A DNA stretch of 27,592 nt from the NCBI GenBank assembly GCA_049966395.1, contig JBMFUT010000008.1, positions 1 through 27,592 on the forward strand, written 5' to 3'. Position 1 is the first letter of the stretch. Each line of letters begins with the position of its first letter. Source of the DNA: Candidatus Micrarchaeia archaeon. Lineage in GTDB: Archaea; Micrarchaeota; Micrarchaeia; Micrarchaeales; CABMGC01. Shown in pieces: positions 8,608 through 17,455 of this stretch. A program made the position numbers and the translations under genes. Under the pieces are notes generated by a model. That model worked only from the letters and a program-made list of their open reading frames with translations, had not been told where the DNA came from and did not search any database.

Positions 8608-9189
8608 ATGGTGAACAAAAAAATTGCCAGTCTCAAGTTCAAGAGGAGAAGGGATGGGCTTACTGATTACAGGAAGAGGCTGGCGCTTGTAAAAGGAGGA
8701 ATACTCAGGGTTGCTGTGAGAAAGAGCAACAGGGGCGTGCTCGGCCAAATAATAAGATACAGCGAGAAAGGCGATGCTGTGCTGAAGCGCGCGGATTCTA
8801 AAGAACTGCTCGGCAAAGATTACGGATGGCCTTCAAGGGCAAACAAGCCCACTGCCTACTTGGTGGGGCTGCTTCTTGCCAAAAAGGCAAGCGATCTTTC
8901 CGGGGAGGAGTTCGTGCTTGACATTGGCATAAGCGCGCCAACGCCTAATTCCGTGGCGTTTTCATTTGCTGTGGGATTCAAGGATGGAGGAATGAAAATA
9001 AGGTCTGGCATAAGCGTACCCAAGGAGGATTATGACGGGACGCGCATAGCGGAATATGCAAAGATGCTAAAGAAAGACGACCCCGATGGCTACAAGAGGC
9101 AGTTTGGCGCTTACCTGAAGAAAGGCGTCGCGCCTGAGGAGCTGGTAAAGAAGTTCGAGGAGGTCAAGAATAAAATTGTGAGCAAGTGA
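8608..9189 (+). CDS. rpl18: 50S ribosomal protein uL18
   Basis: FKRRRDGLTDYRKRL, N.PTAYLVG, VLDIG, YKRQF..Y. Confidence 0.97.
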   Translation: MVNKKIASLKFKRRRDGLTDYRKRLALVKGGILRVAVRKSNRGVLGQIIRYSEKGDAVLKRADSKELLGKDYGWPSRANKPTAYLVGLLLAKKASDLSGEEFVLDIGISAPTPNSVAFSFAVGFKDGGMKIRSGISVPKEDYDGTRIAEYAKMLKKDDPDGYKRQFGAYLKKGVAPEELVKKFEEVKNKIVSK

Positions 9190-9839
9190 TTTACTTGAGA
9201 TACGAAGAAGAAGAGGAAAAATTTAACATAGAGTCGTGGACTCCGAAGACGAAGATAGGGGAGATGGTCAAAAACAAGCAGATCACTTCTATTGAGCAGA
9301 TATTCGAAAGCGGCAAGCCAATAAAGGAAGTGGAAGTAGTAGACGCGCTTCTTCCAAATCTCGAAAGCAAGGTGCTTGAAGTTGCGTCTGTGCAAAGGAT
9401 GACAAAAAACAGCAGGAAGCAGAAGTATAGGGCCACAGTAGTAATAGGAGACAGGGCGGGGCATGTCGGGATAGGAACAGGCAAGGACGTTGAAGTTAGG
9501 CCCGCAGTGGATTCTGCTATAAAAGACGCCAAGAAAAAAATAATACAGGTCAGGCTGGGATGCGGTTCTTGGGAATGCGACTGCGGAACTAGCCACAGCC
9601 TCCCGCTAAAACTGCACGGCAGGTGCGGCAGCGCAGAAATAATACTTAAGCCTGCGCCTAGGGGTGTAGGCATAGTCGCCGGTGAAGTGGCAAGGGCAGT
9701 GCTGGAGCTAGCAGGAATAAAGGATGTCTGGAGCTTTTCTAGGGGCAGAACAAGGGATATTTACAACATGGCTACGGCTACCTATAATGCGCTAAACTCT
9801 ATGAACAAAATAAAGAATGCAAGTTCAGTTAAAAGCTGA
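9186..9839 (+). CDS. rps5: 30S ribosomal protein uS5
   Basis: WTPKTKIG, GCGSWEC.CG..HS, PAPRGVG, AGIKDVW. Confidence 0.97.
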   Translation: MIYLRYEEEEEKFNIESWTPKTKIGEMVKNKQITSIEQIFESGKPIKEVEVVDALLPNLESKVLEVASVQRMTKNSRKQKYRATVVIGDRAGHVGIGTGKDVEVRPAVDSAIKDAKKKIIQVRLGCGSWECDCGTSHSLPLKLHGRCGSAEIILKPAPRGVGIVAGEVARAVLELAGIKDVWSFSRGRTRDIYNMATATYNALNSMNKIKNASSVKS

Positions 9840-9843
9840 AAGG

Positions 9844-10269
9844 CTATTCTACTTTTATCTCTGCGCTTTCGCCAGGCACTTTCTTTGCAGTTATCTCGAG
9901 TATGCCGTTCTCCAGCTTTGCCTTCACGCTTTTCGGGTCTATGTCCACAGGCAGATCTATGCTTCTGTAGTAGCCTGAGGATCTTCTCTCGCTGTAATAG
10001 TAGTTCTTACCCTTTTTCTCTTCTTCGTTCTTTGATTCCGCCCTTATTGAAACGCTGCTCTTTGTCACATTGAGCTTTATGTCGCCCTTCTGTATGCCTG
10101 GCATTTCGGCCTTTATCCTTATTGCGTTGCCTTCGTCTATCAGGTCTATCGGCATACTTCCGAAAATGCTTGCTCTCAGAGGCATCGAAAACTCTTTTGC
10201 TATGCTGTTCCAGTAGCCCAGCGGATCCTCCAAAATCCTAGGAAGTGCATTTTCGTTTTTCTTCGCCAT
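9844..10269 (-). CDS. hsp20: Small heat-shock protein Hsp20
   Basis: Alpha-crystallin domain (AEMPG, ER..G.YRSI.LP, A.LENGILEI), C-terminal IKVE motif; SD GGGGTGAT upstream. Confidence 0.95.
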   Translation of the reverse strand: MAKKNENALPRILEDPLGYWNSIAKEFSMPLRASIFGSMPIDLIDEGNAIRIKAEMPGIQKGDIKLNVTKSSVSIRAESKNEEEKKGKNYYYSERRSSGYYRSIDLPVDIDPKSVKAKLENGILEITAKKVPGESAEIKVE

Positions 10270-10355
10270 CGCATCACCCCATTAAATAATTAGGAGCTGA
10301 ATTCTTAAATATTTTTGCGCAGTAGCTGAGTAGCACCTGAAATTGTAAGCGCTGC

Positions 10356-11042
10356 TTACGCACCTCCTACAATGCTTCCGTTATGCTCCTTGCCTTCTAT
10401 TACTTTCTTCAGCTCGGATATGTCGTCGTTTGTGAAGTATATTTCTATGCCTGACCTCTTTGCGAGTGCGCAGCCTACCAAGTCGAATATGAAGTTTGAT
10501 CCTGCATTCCTCGAATCGTATCTTGTGGCTATTTCTATGAGTTTGTCGTAGCTCAGTCTCTTCAAAGGCTTTGATTTTTCTATGTCGCTTGTCTCGTGTA
10601 TGTAGGACACCTTGCTTACGTTTATCAGCTTCTTTGCGTGAAGCCCTTCCGCATAAAGCACGGCCACTGCGTCGGTTGTTATGCCAGGATAGAGACCGCC
10701 GGAAACCACCACGCTGTGCTGGGAATTCGCCGCCTTCATGCCGCTTATGGTTGTCACTATGTTAGGGTTCACATCAACCTTGCCCTTCATGGCGTTCAGG
10801 AGCACCATCGCATTGAGCCTGGTAACAGCTATTGCTATGTCGTCGAGCTCCTGCTGGTTCGATGTAAAGTCCTTGGCGTAGGATATGTACCTCCTTGCCA
10901 TTTCCCCGCCACCTGTTACAACCACGAATTTAGTGTTTTTATATGAGGAAATCAGTTCTACGAATTTTCTTATGTAAGAGGAGTTAATGCCCTCGCTTCC
11001 TATCAGGATGCTTCCGCCCAATGATATGCAGATTGTCTCCAT
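10356..11042 (-). CDS. pyrH: Uridylate kinase (archaeal type)
   Basis: ISLGGS, VTGGG.MAR.YI, TRLNA, PGITTDAVA; true start at 11042, since the longer ORF would overlap 5S rRNA. Confidence 0.94.
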   Translation of the reverse strand: METICISLGGSILIGSEGINSSYIRKFVELISSYKNTKFVVVTGGGEMARRYISYAKDFTSNQQELDDIAIAVTRLNAMVLLNAMKGKVDVNPNIVTTISGMKAANSQHSVVVSGGLYPGITTDAVAVLYAEGLHAKKLINVSKVSYIHETSDIEKSKPLKRLSYDKLIEIATRYDSRNAGSNFIFDLVGCALAKRSGIEIYFTNDDISELKKVIEGKEHNGSIVGGA

Positions 11043-11100
11043 AGCATCATAGTTCTTTAAGAACAAAATTATAAATGCATAACCCATTGGAGCCCTGCTG

Positions 11101-11117
11101 CGCAAAATCTTTATATG
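11101..11117 (+). promoter_or_regulatory. BRE/TATA promoter of 5S rRNA
   Basis: cgcaaaatcTTTATAT located about 25 nt upstream of the 5S 5' end. Confidence 0.6.
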
Positions 11118-11137
11118 TTTTTGTTTAAATAATAAAC

Positions 11138-11253
11138 TGTCAAACGGCCACAGGAGCAGGGAAACGCCCGAACCCATACCGAACTCGGAAGCTAAGCCTG
11201 CTTACGACACGATGTACTGCCGAACCGGCGGGAACGCGTGTTGCTGTTTGGCA
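11138..11253 (+). rRNA. rrf: 5S rRNA (stand-alone)
   Basis: Terminal helix TGTCAAACGGC/GCTGTTTGGCA; conserved CCCGAACCCATACCGAACTCGGAAGCTAAGC and GTACTG...GGGAAC; 116 nt. Confidence 0.95.
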
Positions 11254-11316
11254 TTCATATTTTGCAATTAAAATTTGCGGCTTTGCAGCACGCATTAGCC
11301 TCGCCAAAATTTGCAT

Positions 11317-11886
11317 TCATACAAGCATTCTTTGCTCGGCGCCAATTGAAATGCGGGCTATGTCCTCAATATGGTCTTTGATTACTTTTGTGTCGAACAG
11401 CGTGAAGGTATTGCTTAGGTTTATCACTCCTTTTGAATCGCAATCTCTCAACGCCTTTAGCTCTTCAATGCTTATTGCGACTGCGACGGAGTGCTCTCCG
11501 CACAACTTTACGTCGCCCAGACTTATATCTTGCCTCTTTGCGAAGAAAAGATATACGTGCAAAGGCACCAAACCGCTGCCGTCAGTGCGGCGCACATCGA
11601 CATAGATGTCTGTTATATAATGCACCTTTTCGGCTTCCAGTGCTATCCCGGATTCTTCGGCTGTCTCCCTTATTGCAGCATCCATAGGAGTTTCTTCTCC
11701 TTCGATATGCCCAGATGGCAGGTTGTACATTTCGGCTTCGATATCTTCCTTTTCCTTGCCGGCCCTCTTGAGGAAAAGTATGCCTTCTGCTATCTCAACT
11801 ACCACTGACGATATTTCGTGCATTTTCTCTTTGGCTCTGCCTTCGGCTTCTCTGCGCTGCAGGTCTATCAGTTCTTTTTCTGCCAT
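11317..11886 (-). CDS. Nudix hydrolase
   Basis: Complete Nudix box GHIEGEETPMDAAIRETAEESGI; 4 nt downstream of IPK. Confidence 0.9.
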   Translation of the reverse strand: MAEKELIDLQRREAEGRAKEKMHEISSVVVEIAEGILFLKRAGKEKEDIEAEMYNLPSGHIEGEETPMDAAIRETAEESGIALEAEKVHYITDIYVDVRRTDGSGLVPLHVYLFFAKRQDISLGDVKLCGEHSVAVAISIEELKALRDCDSKGVINLSNTFTLFDTKVIKDHIEDIARISIGAEQRMLV

Positions 11887-11890
11887 GTTA

Positions 11891-12688
11891 TCATTCGTAT
11901 TTCACAACTGTCCCAACAACATGCTTCCCAAGCATCGCTTTGTACAATCTTCCCGGGACGTTTATGTTTACTATCATTCCTTCGGCACCAGTGTTCTTCG
12001 ACATCTCGTACAAGTACTTGAGTTTAGTTCTCATCCCGCCGGTAACATCTACTTTCGTTGAGCCTGAAGCGCCTGAAAGCGCGCTTCCTATGTTCCTGCT
12101 GTCTATTCTGCTTATCAGCCTTGCATTGGTGTCGATTTTTGGGTTTGATGTGAACACGCCATCTATATCACTGCCCAGAATTATGCGGGATGGCTTAAGC
12201 TCGTTTGCAAGATACCTTAATGCTTCTTCTGTGGAAACTATTGCAACGCCCTGCTTGAGATCCATTGTGACATCGCCATAAGTGACTGGCAGGAAGCCGT
12301 TTTCCAGGGCGCGCATTATTGGAGTTATGTACCATTCCTTTATCCTTCCACCGCTTGTTATTGCGTTTGCCGGAGGGAATGATGCCGGCTTTAAGCCTAC
12401 TTTGAACATTTCTCCTATTACAATTCTGTGCAGCATTGCAGCTGCATGCTGCGTCATCGACGCGCCTTCAAGACTTCTGCTATTTATAAGACCAAGCTGC
12501 ACTTTGTACTTTGCCGCAGGCACGTGGCCGAAGGAGCCGCTGCCGTGGCCTACTATTATGCTTACGTGCTTTCTTGCCGCATGGATCTCTTTTGATATCC
12601 TGATTATTTCCCCGCGCCTAGGCGTATTAGGCTTTGATATGTCGGTGATGGCGCTGCCCCCTATTTTAACCAAGCAGAGGTTTTTCAT
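11891..12688 (-). CDS. ipk: Isopentenyl phosphate kinase
   Basis: KIGGSAITD, HGSGSFGH (IPK-signature His), PVTYGD, DVTGGM..K. Confidence 0.93.
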   Translation of the reverse strand: MKNLCLVKIGGSAITDISKPNTPRRGEIIRISKEIHAARKHVSIIVGHGSGSFGHVPAAKYKVQLGLINSRSLEGASMTQHAAAMLHRIVIGEMFKVGLKPASFPPANAITSGGRIKEWYITPIMRALENGFLPVTYGDVTMDLKQGVAIVSTEEALRYLANELKPSRIILGSDIDGVFTSNPKIDTNARLISRIDSRNIGSALSGASGSTKVDVTGGMRTKLKYLYEMSKNTGAEGMIVNINVPGRLYKAMLGKHVVGTVVKYE

Positions 12689-12692
12689 GCAA

Positions 12693-13715
12693 TCATTTTT
12701 TGCGCAGATAGAGCTCTTCCATCGCAGAAATTAGTATGTCTGTATACTCGTTCTGAGGAAGCCGATCCTTGTATTCGCTGATCTTCCTTTCCGCGTTCTC
12801 CCCGAACTGCTTTGCGCGAGCTTTGGCATAGGATATGCTGTCGTACTTATATATAATGTCTTTAAGGAAATTTATCTCGTCTGTGGTCTTCTCATTGCGT
12901 TTCTTCTTGTAAATTGCGTCTATCTTCGCCTTTTCGGCTTCGGTGGCGCTATCGCGCGCATGCAGTATCATGAGAGTTACCTTGCCCTCATAAAGGTCGC
13001 CAAAATTCTTCTTCCCGAATTTCTTTTCATCGCCAATCATGTCGAGTATATCGTCAGTTATCTGGAATGCGACTCCCGCATCGTGCCCTATGTCCTTCAG
13101 CATTTCTAATGTGCTATCCGGCTGGTCTGCTGCTATCGCACCTATCTGTAGAGGCCCATATACTGTATAATAACAGGTCTTGCTCTCCACGACCCTCATG
13201 TAGAAATCTTCGCCGACCTTGCTGAGGTCTTTCGTATAGTGTATGAACTGGTTTTCTATATGCTGGCCTTCGACTGTATATTCAAGCATGTCATAGAATT
13301 TGTCGAACATCCGTTTTCCCTTATTTGCCCCAACCTTTAAAGTATAATCGTGGAGCATCTTCCACATCGTCATGTGGCCAAGGTTGCTTGCATTAATTGC
13401 GTGTACCCAGCCGTACAGCTTCTGAGCGGCTGGCTTGCCCCTCCTAAGATCAGAATCGTCCTCAACATCATCCTGCATGAGGATCCACTCTTCTGAAAGC
13501 TGCTCTGCGGCAGCAGGCAGCGTAAGATTGTCTATGCTTGCTCCGAAGAGCTGGCCGCTGAGCATTACAAGTCCTGGCCTTCTGTAGCTCCCCTGCCTGT
13601 CGATATAGTCTCTCATTATTCCGTAGAACTCTTCCGGCTTCTTTAATGGCATGTAACTGCAGATTGTGGAGTATATATTGTTCCTATGAAGCTCTATGTA
13701 TTCCTTGAAGTTCAT
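12693..13715 (-). CDS. Trans-polyprenyl diphosphate synthase (GGPP-synthase-like)
   Basis: FARM DDVEDDSDLRRGKP, EGQ, KT, SARM FQITDDILD, DLYEGK. Confidence 0.9.
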   Translation of the reverse strand: MNFKEYIELHRNNIYSTICSYMPLKKPEEFYGIMRDYIDRQGSYRRPGLVMLSGQLFGASIDNLTLPAAAEQLSEEWILMQDDVEDDSDLRRGKPAAQKLYGWVHAINASNLGHMTMWKMLHDYTLKVGANKGKRMFDKFYDMLEYTVEGQHIENQFIHYTKDLSKVGEDFYMRVVESKTCYYTVYGPLQIGAIAADQPDSTLEMLKDIGHDAGVAFQITDDILDMIGDEKKFGKKNFGDLYEGKVTLMILHARDSATEAEKAKIDAIYKKKRNEKTTDEINFLKDIIYKYDSISYAKARAKQFGENAERKISEYKDRLPQNEYTDILISAMEELYLRKK

Positions 13716-13762
13716 TCAACCGCACCAATAATATTCTGTATCGACTATTTAAAATAGTTGCT

Positions 13763-14422
13763 TTAGTTCGTCAAATGTTGGTGTCTATTGCCAGTGACGC
13801 ACTGCTTTTTCAGCGGGCACGAAGTGCATACGGGCTTAGTTTTGCAGTAGTGCTTCCCGAGTTCCACAAACTGCGCATGAAAGTCCTTGTAGAGCTCGAC
13901 GTTGCGGTCTATGCTGCGCTCTATCTTCTCTTGTAGCTCGTCGTACCCGACAGAAATCCCGAAAACTCTCTCTACTATGCGAATTGTGTAGGCGTCTATT
14001 ACAAAAATGGGTTTTTCAGCAGCATACAGTATTATAGAATCAGCCGTTTCCTTGCCTATGCCGTTTATGCCGAGAAGCTCATCCCTGAGGGTTTTGATGT
14101 CTTGACTGAGCATGCCTTCCAATGAGCCGTGCTTTTTCATCACATACCTTGCGAAACCTTTCAGTCGCAAGGCCTTCTGCCTGTAGAATCCGCTGGGCCT
14201 TACAAGCTTCTGCAGTGTGCTCAAATCAGCCTTAGATATTGCGGCAATGCTGAGCATCTTTGCGCTCTTGAGGTTGCGTATCGCCTTTTCAACATTGGCC
14301 CAGCTGGTCTGCTGCGTCAGTATTGCTCCTATTACTATCTCGTCTTTTGTTTCGCCAGGCCACCAGTTGAGAAAGCCGAATCGGCGGCGCAGTGCCCTGT
14401 ACAGAGACGAGAAATCGTCCAT
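13763..14422 (-). CDS. HhH-GPD endonuclease III-like DNA glycosylase with [4Fe-4S] motif
   Basis: WWP, GAILTQQTSW.NV, HhH LLGINGIGKETADSI, VIDAYT.R, C-x6-C-x2-C-x5-C. Confidence 0.92.
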   Translation of the reverse strand: MDDFSSLYRALRRRFGFLNWWPGETKDEIVIGAILTQQTSWANVEKAIRNLKSAKMLSIAAISKADLSTLQKLVRPSGFYRQKALRLKGFARYVMKKHGSLEGMLSQDIKTLRDELLGINGIGKETADSIILYAAEKPIFVIDAYTIRIVERVFGISVGYDELQEKIERSIDRNVELYKDFHAQFVELGKHYCKTKPVCTSCPLKKQCVTGNRHQHLTN

Positions 14423-14454
14423 TTGGTGCGCCTTTGGCTTTTACAAGAGACGCT

Positions 14455-14922
14455 TCAGAGCTTAAGCTCGCCGCGGTCTATTTTGGCTATTATCTCCTTT
14501 GCGTTGACACCTTCGCATGTTATGTTCATGCTCAGGCAAGTCCCGAGCACCTGCTTTACCTTGTCTGCGAAAGTTGCGCCGTAAAGGGAATCCTCCTTGG
14601 CCTTCGCAATCTTCTTTATCTGCTCAAGAGAAATATCCCCTGCCTTTTCATCCTTGCCCTTCGCGCCTTTCTGGATCCCTATTTCCTTAAGTATGAGCGC
14701 GCTTGTGGGCGGCGATCCGACCTCTATCCTGTAGCTCTTGTCTTCAGGGTTTACAAACACCTTCACCGGCACCTTTATGCCTTCGAATGCCTTTGTCTTG
14801 GCGTTTATCTCGCTTACTATGCCTGCCACGTTCACTCCGAGCGGGCCGAGCGCTGGGCCGAAAGGTGGACCCCCTGTCGCTTTTCCTCCTTCTATCAGGC
14901 CGTTTACTATTACTTCTGGCAT
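14455..14922 (-). CDS. rpl11: 50S ribosomal protein uL11
   Basis: GGKATGGPPFGPALGPLG, PPTSALI, GTCLSM. Confidence 0.97.
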   Translation of the reverse strand: MPEVIVNGLIEGGKATGGPPFGPALGPLGVNVAGIVSEINAKTKAFEGIKVPVKVFVNPEDKSYRIEVGSPPTSALILKEIGIQKGAKGKDEKAGDISLEQIKKIAKAKEDSLYGATFADKVKQVLGTCLSMNITCEGVNAKEIIAKIDRGELKL

Positions 14923-14933
14923 CAAATCACGCT

Positions 14934-15392
14934 TTATTTTTCAGCTTTTTGTATTATCCTAGCATTGTTAGACTTTGTAGTGACTGGAATTGGCACGGCG
15001 ACGTCCATAAGCTCCACTGTAATCTCGCCTTTTGACTTGTCGATTCTTGTCACCTTTGCCTTGTAGCCCTTGAACGGGCCTGTTGAAAACTCTACTATGT
15101 CGTTTATGTCTATTTCTTGAGCGTACTGCTTGGAAGCGAGTATTCTGTCAAGGTCGTCGCTGCTCACAGGAGTAGAGAGCATGCCTTTAACGTGTGGCTC
15201 GTTTGTTATTAGCTCCCTGCAAGCGGACTCGCTTTCAGCCTCCACTATAAGGTAGCCGCGCATGCCTTCTACAAGTATTATAGAGAAGATTGGTATTGAC
15301 TTTGAGGCTATTTTGCTGGCGAGTATGTCTGATACTATCTTCTCCTGGCTTGATGTTACCCTTATTACAAAGAACACAATATCACGTTGCAT
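14934..15392 (-). CDS. spt5: Transcription elongation factor Spt5 (NusG)
   Basis: NGN domain (QE, GYLIVEA) plus KOW (DIVEFSTGPFKG..AKV). Confidence 0.95.
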   Translation of the reverse strand: MQRDIVFFVIRVTSSQEKIVSDILASKIASKSIPIFSIILVEGMRGYLIVEAESESACRELITNEPHVKGMLSTPVSSDDLDRILASKQYAQEIDINDIVEFSTGPFKGYKAKVTRIDKSKGEITVELMDVAVPIPVTTKSNNARIIQKAEK

Positions 15393-15475
15393 TTTATTTT
15401 TATACCGTTAAATATAAAGACTTCTTGTTACTAATTGATTTTGCTCGGTTTATAAGGCTTTGCCTGACTGATTTG

Positions 15476-16543
15476 ATGATTGGCCTAAAAGTAAACAAAA
15501 AAAACGCTGAAATGCTAAGGAGGTTTATAATTAGGCATAACCTCTTCGACCGGCAGCATAAGATATTGGACGGCAATAATTTTATATATTTCCCTATTGT
15601 GACGGGCAATGATGAAGCTGCCAGGAGCGCAGTGAGGCTGTTCGGAGCCGAAATTGTAAATGCCAATTTTGCAAGGGCGCCAAAGGCGCACAGCTACAAG
15701 GAGCTTGTTGCAAAGAAGCTCGGCAAGGCAGATATGGCAAACGCAACAAAGAGGTATGATCTGCTTGGAAATATAGCAATCATAGATTCAGACAATAGCG
15801 CCACCGCAAAACGCCTGGCAAAAGCCATAATGTATACCAACAGAAATGTTTATACAGTAATACGCAAAGGTAGCGCAGTAAGTGGCATATACAGGACGCG
15901 CAAATACAAATATGTTGCAGGCAAGAGGAACTTTGTTGCGAATTACAAGGAAAACGGTGCCTTCTTCAGTTTCGATGTGAGGAAAGTTTTTTTCTCGCCC
16001 AGGCTTGCGTACGAGAGAAAAAGGGTTAGCGATGCATCTTCAGATGGGGAGAACGTGATGGTGATGTTTGCCGGAGTGGGCCCTTTTGCAATAGAGATTG
16101 CAAAAGCACATCCCAGATCTAATGTTGTCGCGATCGAGCTCAACAGGCACGCTTACAATTACATGCTGGAGAACATCAGGATTAACAAGCTAAACAACGT
16201 GACAGCAGTCCAGGGTGACGTGAAAAAAGTAGCGGCAAAGTACAAGGGTTTCGCCGACAGGATTGTGATGCCCCTGCCTAAAAGCGCTGCAAACTTCCTT
16301 GAAAGCGCCTATGAAATCGCCAAAGAAAAATGTGTCGTGCACTATTATACCTTCGGCAACTCCAAGAGTGCCATAGAAGATGGCACGAGCCTCATAAGGA
16401 ATGTGCTTTCAGGCAAGAACGCAAAAGTGAACATATTAGGAAGCAGGGTAGTAAGGCCCTACTCGGCAGACCAAGTGGAAATAGTAATAGACTTTGAGCT
16501 TGTCAAAAGGCGAAGGCTGCAAAAAGCGCAAAAAGATATATAA
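15476..16543 (+). CDS. trm5: tRNA (guanine-37-N1)-methyltransferase, Trm5 family (Trm5a/Taw22-like)
   Basis: N-terminal D1 domain, YD..GNIAII, ENG..F..D, FSPRL..ER, MFAGVGPF, IELN, DRIVMPLP. Confidence 0.88.
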   Translation: MIGLKVNKKNAEMLRRFIIRHNLFDRQHKILDGNNFIYFPIVTGNDEAARSAVRLFGAEIVNANFARAPKAHSYKELVAKKLGKADMANATKRYDLLGNIAIIDSDNSATAKRLAKAIMYTNRNVYTVIRKGSAVSGIYRTRKYKYVAGKRNFVANYKENGAFFSFDVRKVFFSPRLAYERKRVSDASSDGENVMVMFAGVGPFAIEIAKAHPRSNVVAIELNRHAYNYMLENIRINKLNNVTAVQGDVKKVAAKYKGFADRIVMPLPKSAANFLESAYEIAKEKCVVHYYTFGNSKSAIEDGTSLIRNVLSGKNAKVNILGSRVVRPYSADQVEIVIDFELVKRRRLQKAQKDI

Positions 16544-16569
16544 TTTGAAGGCTCCATTGACTATTTATG

Positions 16570-17307
16570 ATGAAGTCGCAGTCCGCAATAGAGTTCATGA
16601 TAACATACTCGTGGGCATTCCTCATAATAGCTCTCTTTATAGCTGTCGCGCTGACCGCGCTCGCAGCCAAAAACCCTGCAAGCTATTCGCCGCAGGCGTG
16701 CTACTTGCAACCTGAGCTTCCGTGCTACCAGTCGGAGTTCATGGCCAATGCCACTTCTTCAAACTATGTAGTAATATTCTTGAATAACATTGGCCCGACA
16801 ATGAAATTTATTGGGGCTTCACTGCACGTAAATCCAACAATATCTAGCGGCGCTTACCCAGGTATGTGTCTACCTGCAAATGCTCCCGAAGGCGCGACGG
16901 TGATATGCAACGCCACGATGAACGGATACGCGCCAAGCATAGGCACGCAGGTCAATCCGCGCTTCGTCATAAGCTACCAGATATGCCAGCCTTCTTGCGC
17001 CACTTACAACACGAGCGGCTCAAGCAGCAACATAGTTGCGCAATACAAAAGCAACATAGCAGAAATAACGCTGCTGACTGGCACTGGCAGCGGAAGCATT
17101 GACATTGGCGGCATAGGCTATCCGAGCAACACGAACGTTTATGCCGTAATAGGCAAGCCATATTACTTGTACGCAGTGCCTCCAACAGGTTATACATTCG
17201 GCAACTGGGTAGTGAGCGGAGGCATTTCTATCAATTCAACTACTTCGCAGACTGCGCAGATAACCGTCAGCAGCACAGGAAACGTGATTGCGAACTTCGT
17301 CGCATGA
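16570..17307 (+). CDS. Pilin-like surface protein with class III signal peptide
   Basis: MKS|QSAIEF plus hydrophobic helix (Q at +1, E at +5); Cys pairs; S/T/G/N-rich; C-terminal AVPPTGYTFGNW...ANF like an InlB B-repeat. Confidence 0.75.
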   Translation: MKSQSAIEFMITYSWAFLIIALFIAVALTALAAKNPASYSPQACYLQPELPCYQSEFMANATSSNYVVIFLNNIGPTMKFIGASLHVNPTISSGAYPGMCLPANAPEGATVICNATMNGYAPSIGTQVNPRFVISYQICQPSCATYNTSGSSSNIVAQYKSNIAEITLLTGTGSGSIDIGGIGYPSNTNVYAVIGKPYYLYAVPPTGYTFGNWVVSGGISINSTTSQTAQITVSSTGNVIANFVA

Positions 17308-17319
17308 TGCGCGAAGCGT

Positions 17320-17455
17320 TCTCAATTTGCAAGCACTTGCGCGTTCTACAAACATTGTACCATAGTCAACATTTATATATTTATATCAGCCAATTTAGCC
17401 GCAATGAGAGGTTTGCCCGCGGCCCAAATGCCCGCAGTTTTCTTGCAATAGATTA
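17320..17455 (-). repeat. Diverged second copy of the left end of the 1735-1995 element
   Basis: Shares ATTTGCAAGCACTTGCG (17/17), ATTTATATAT..TTATATC, CCAATTTA, TTTGYCCGCG and TTCTTGCRATAGATTA with 1872-1998, in the same order. Confidence 0.85.

Noticed and set aside
11043..11177. 45-aa N-terminal extension of PyrH in the ORF track
   Set aside because: Overlaps the 5S rRNA and its promoter; homology begins at METICISLGGS.
15290..15475. Upstream extension of Trm5 (similar extensions appear for uS8, eL32, TldE and FtsY)
   Set aside because: Overlaps the neighbouring gene or promoter; downstream ATGs match family N-termini.
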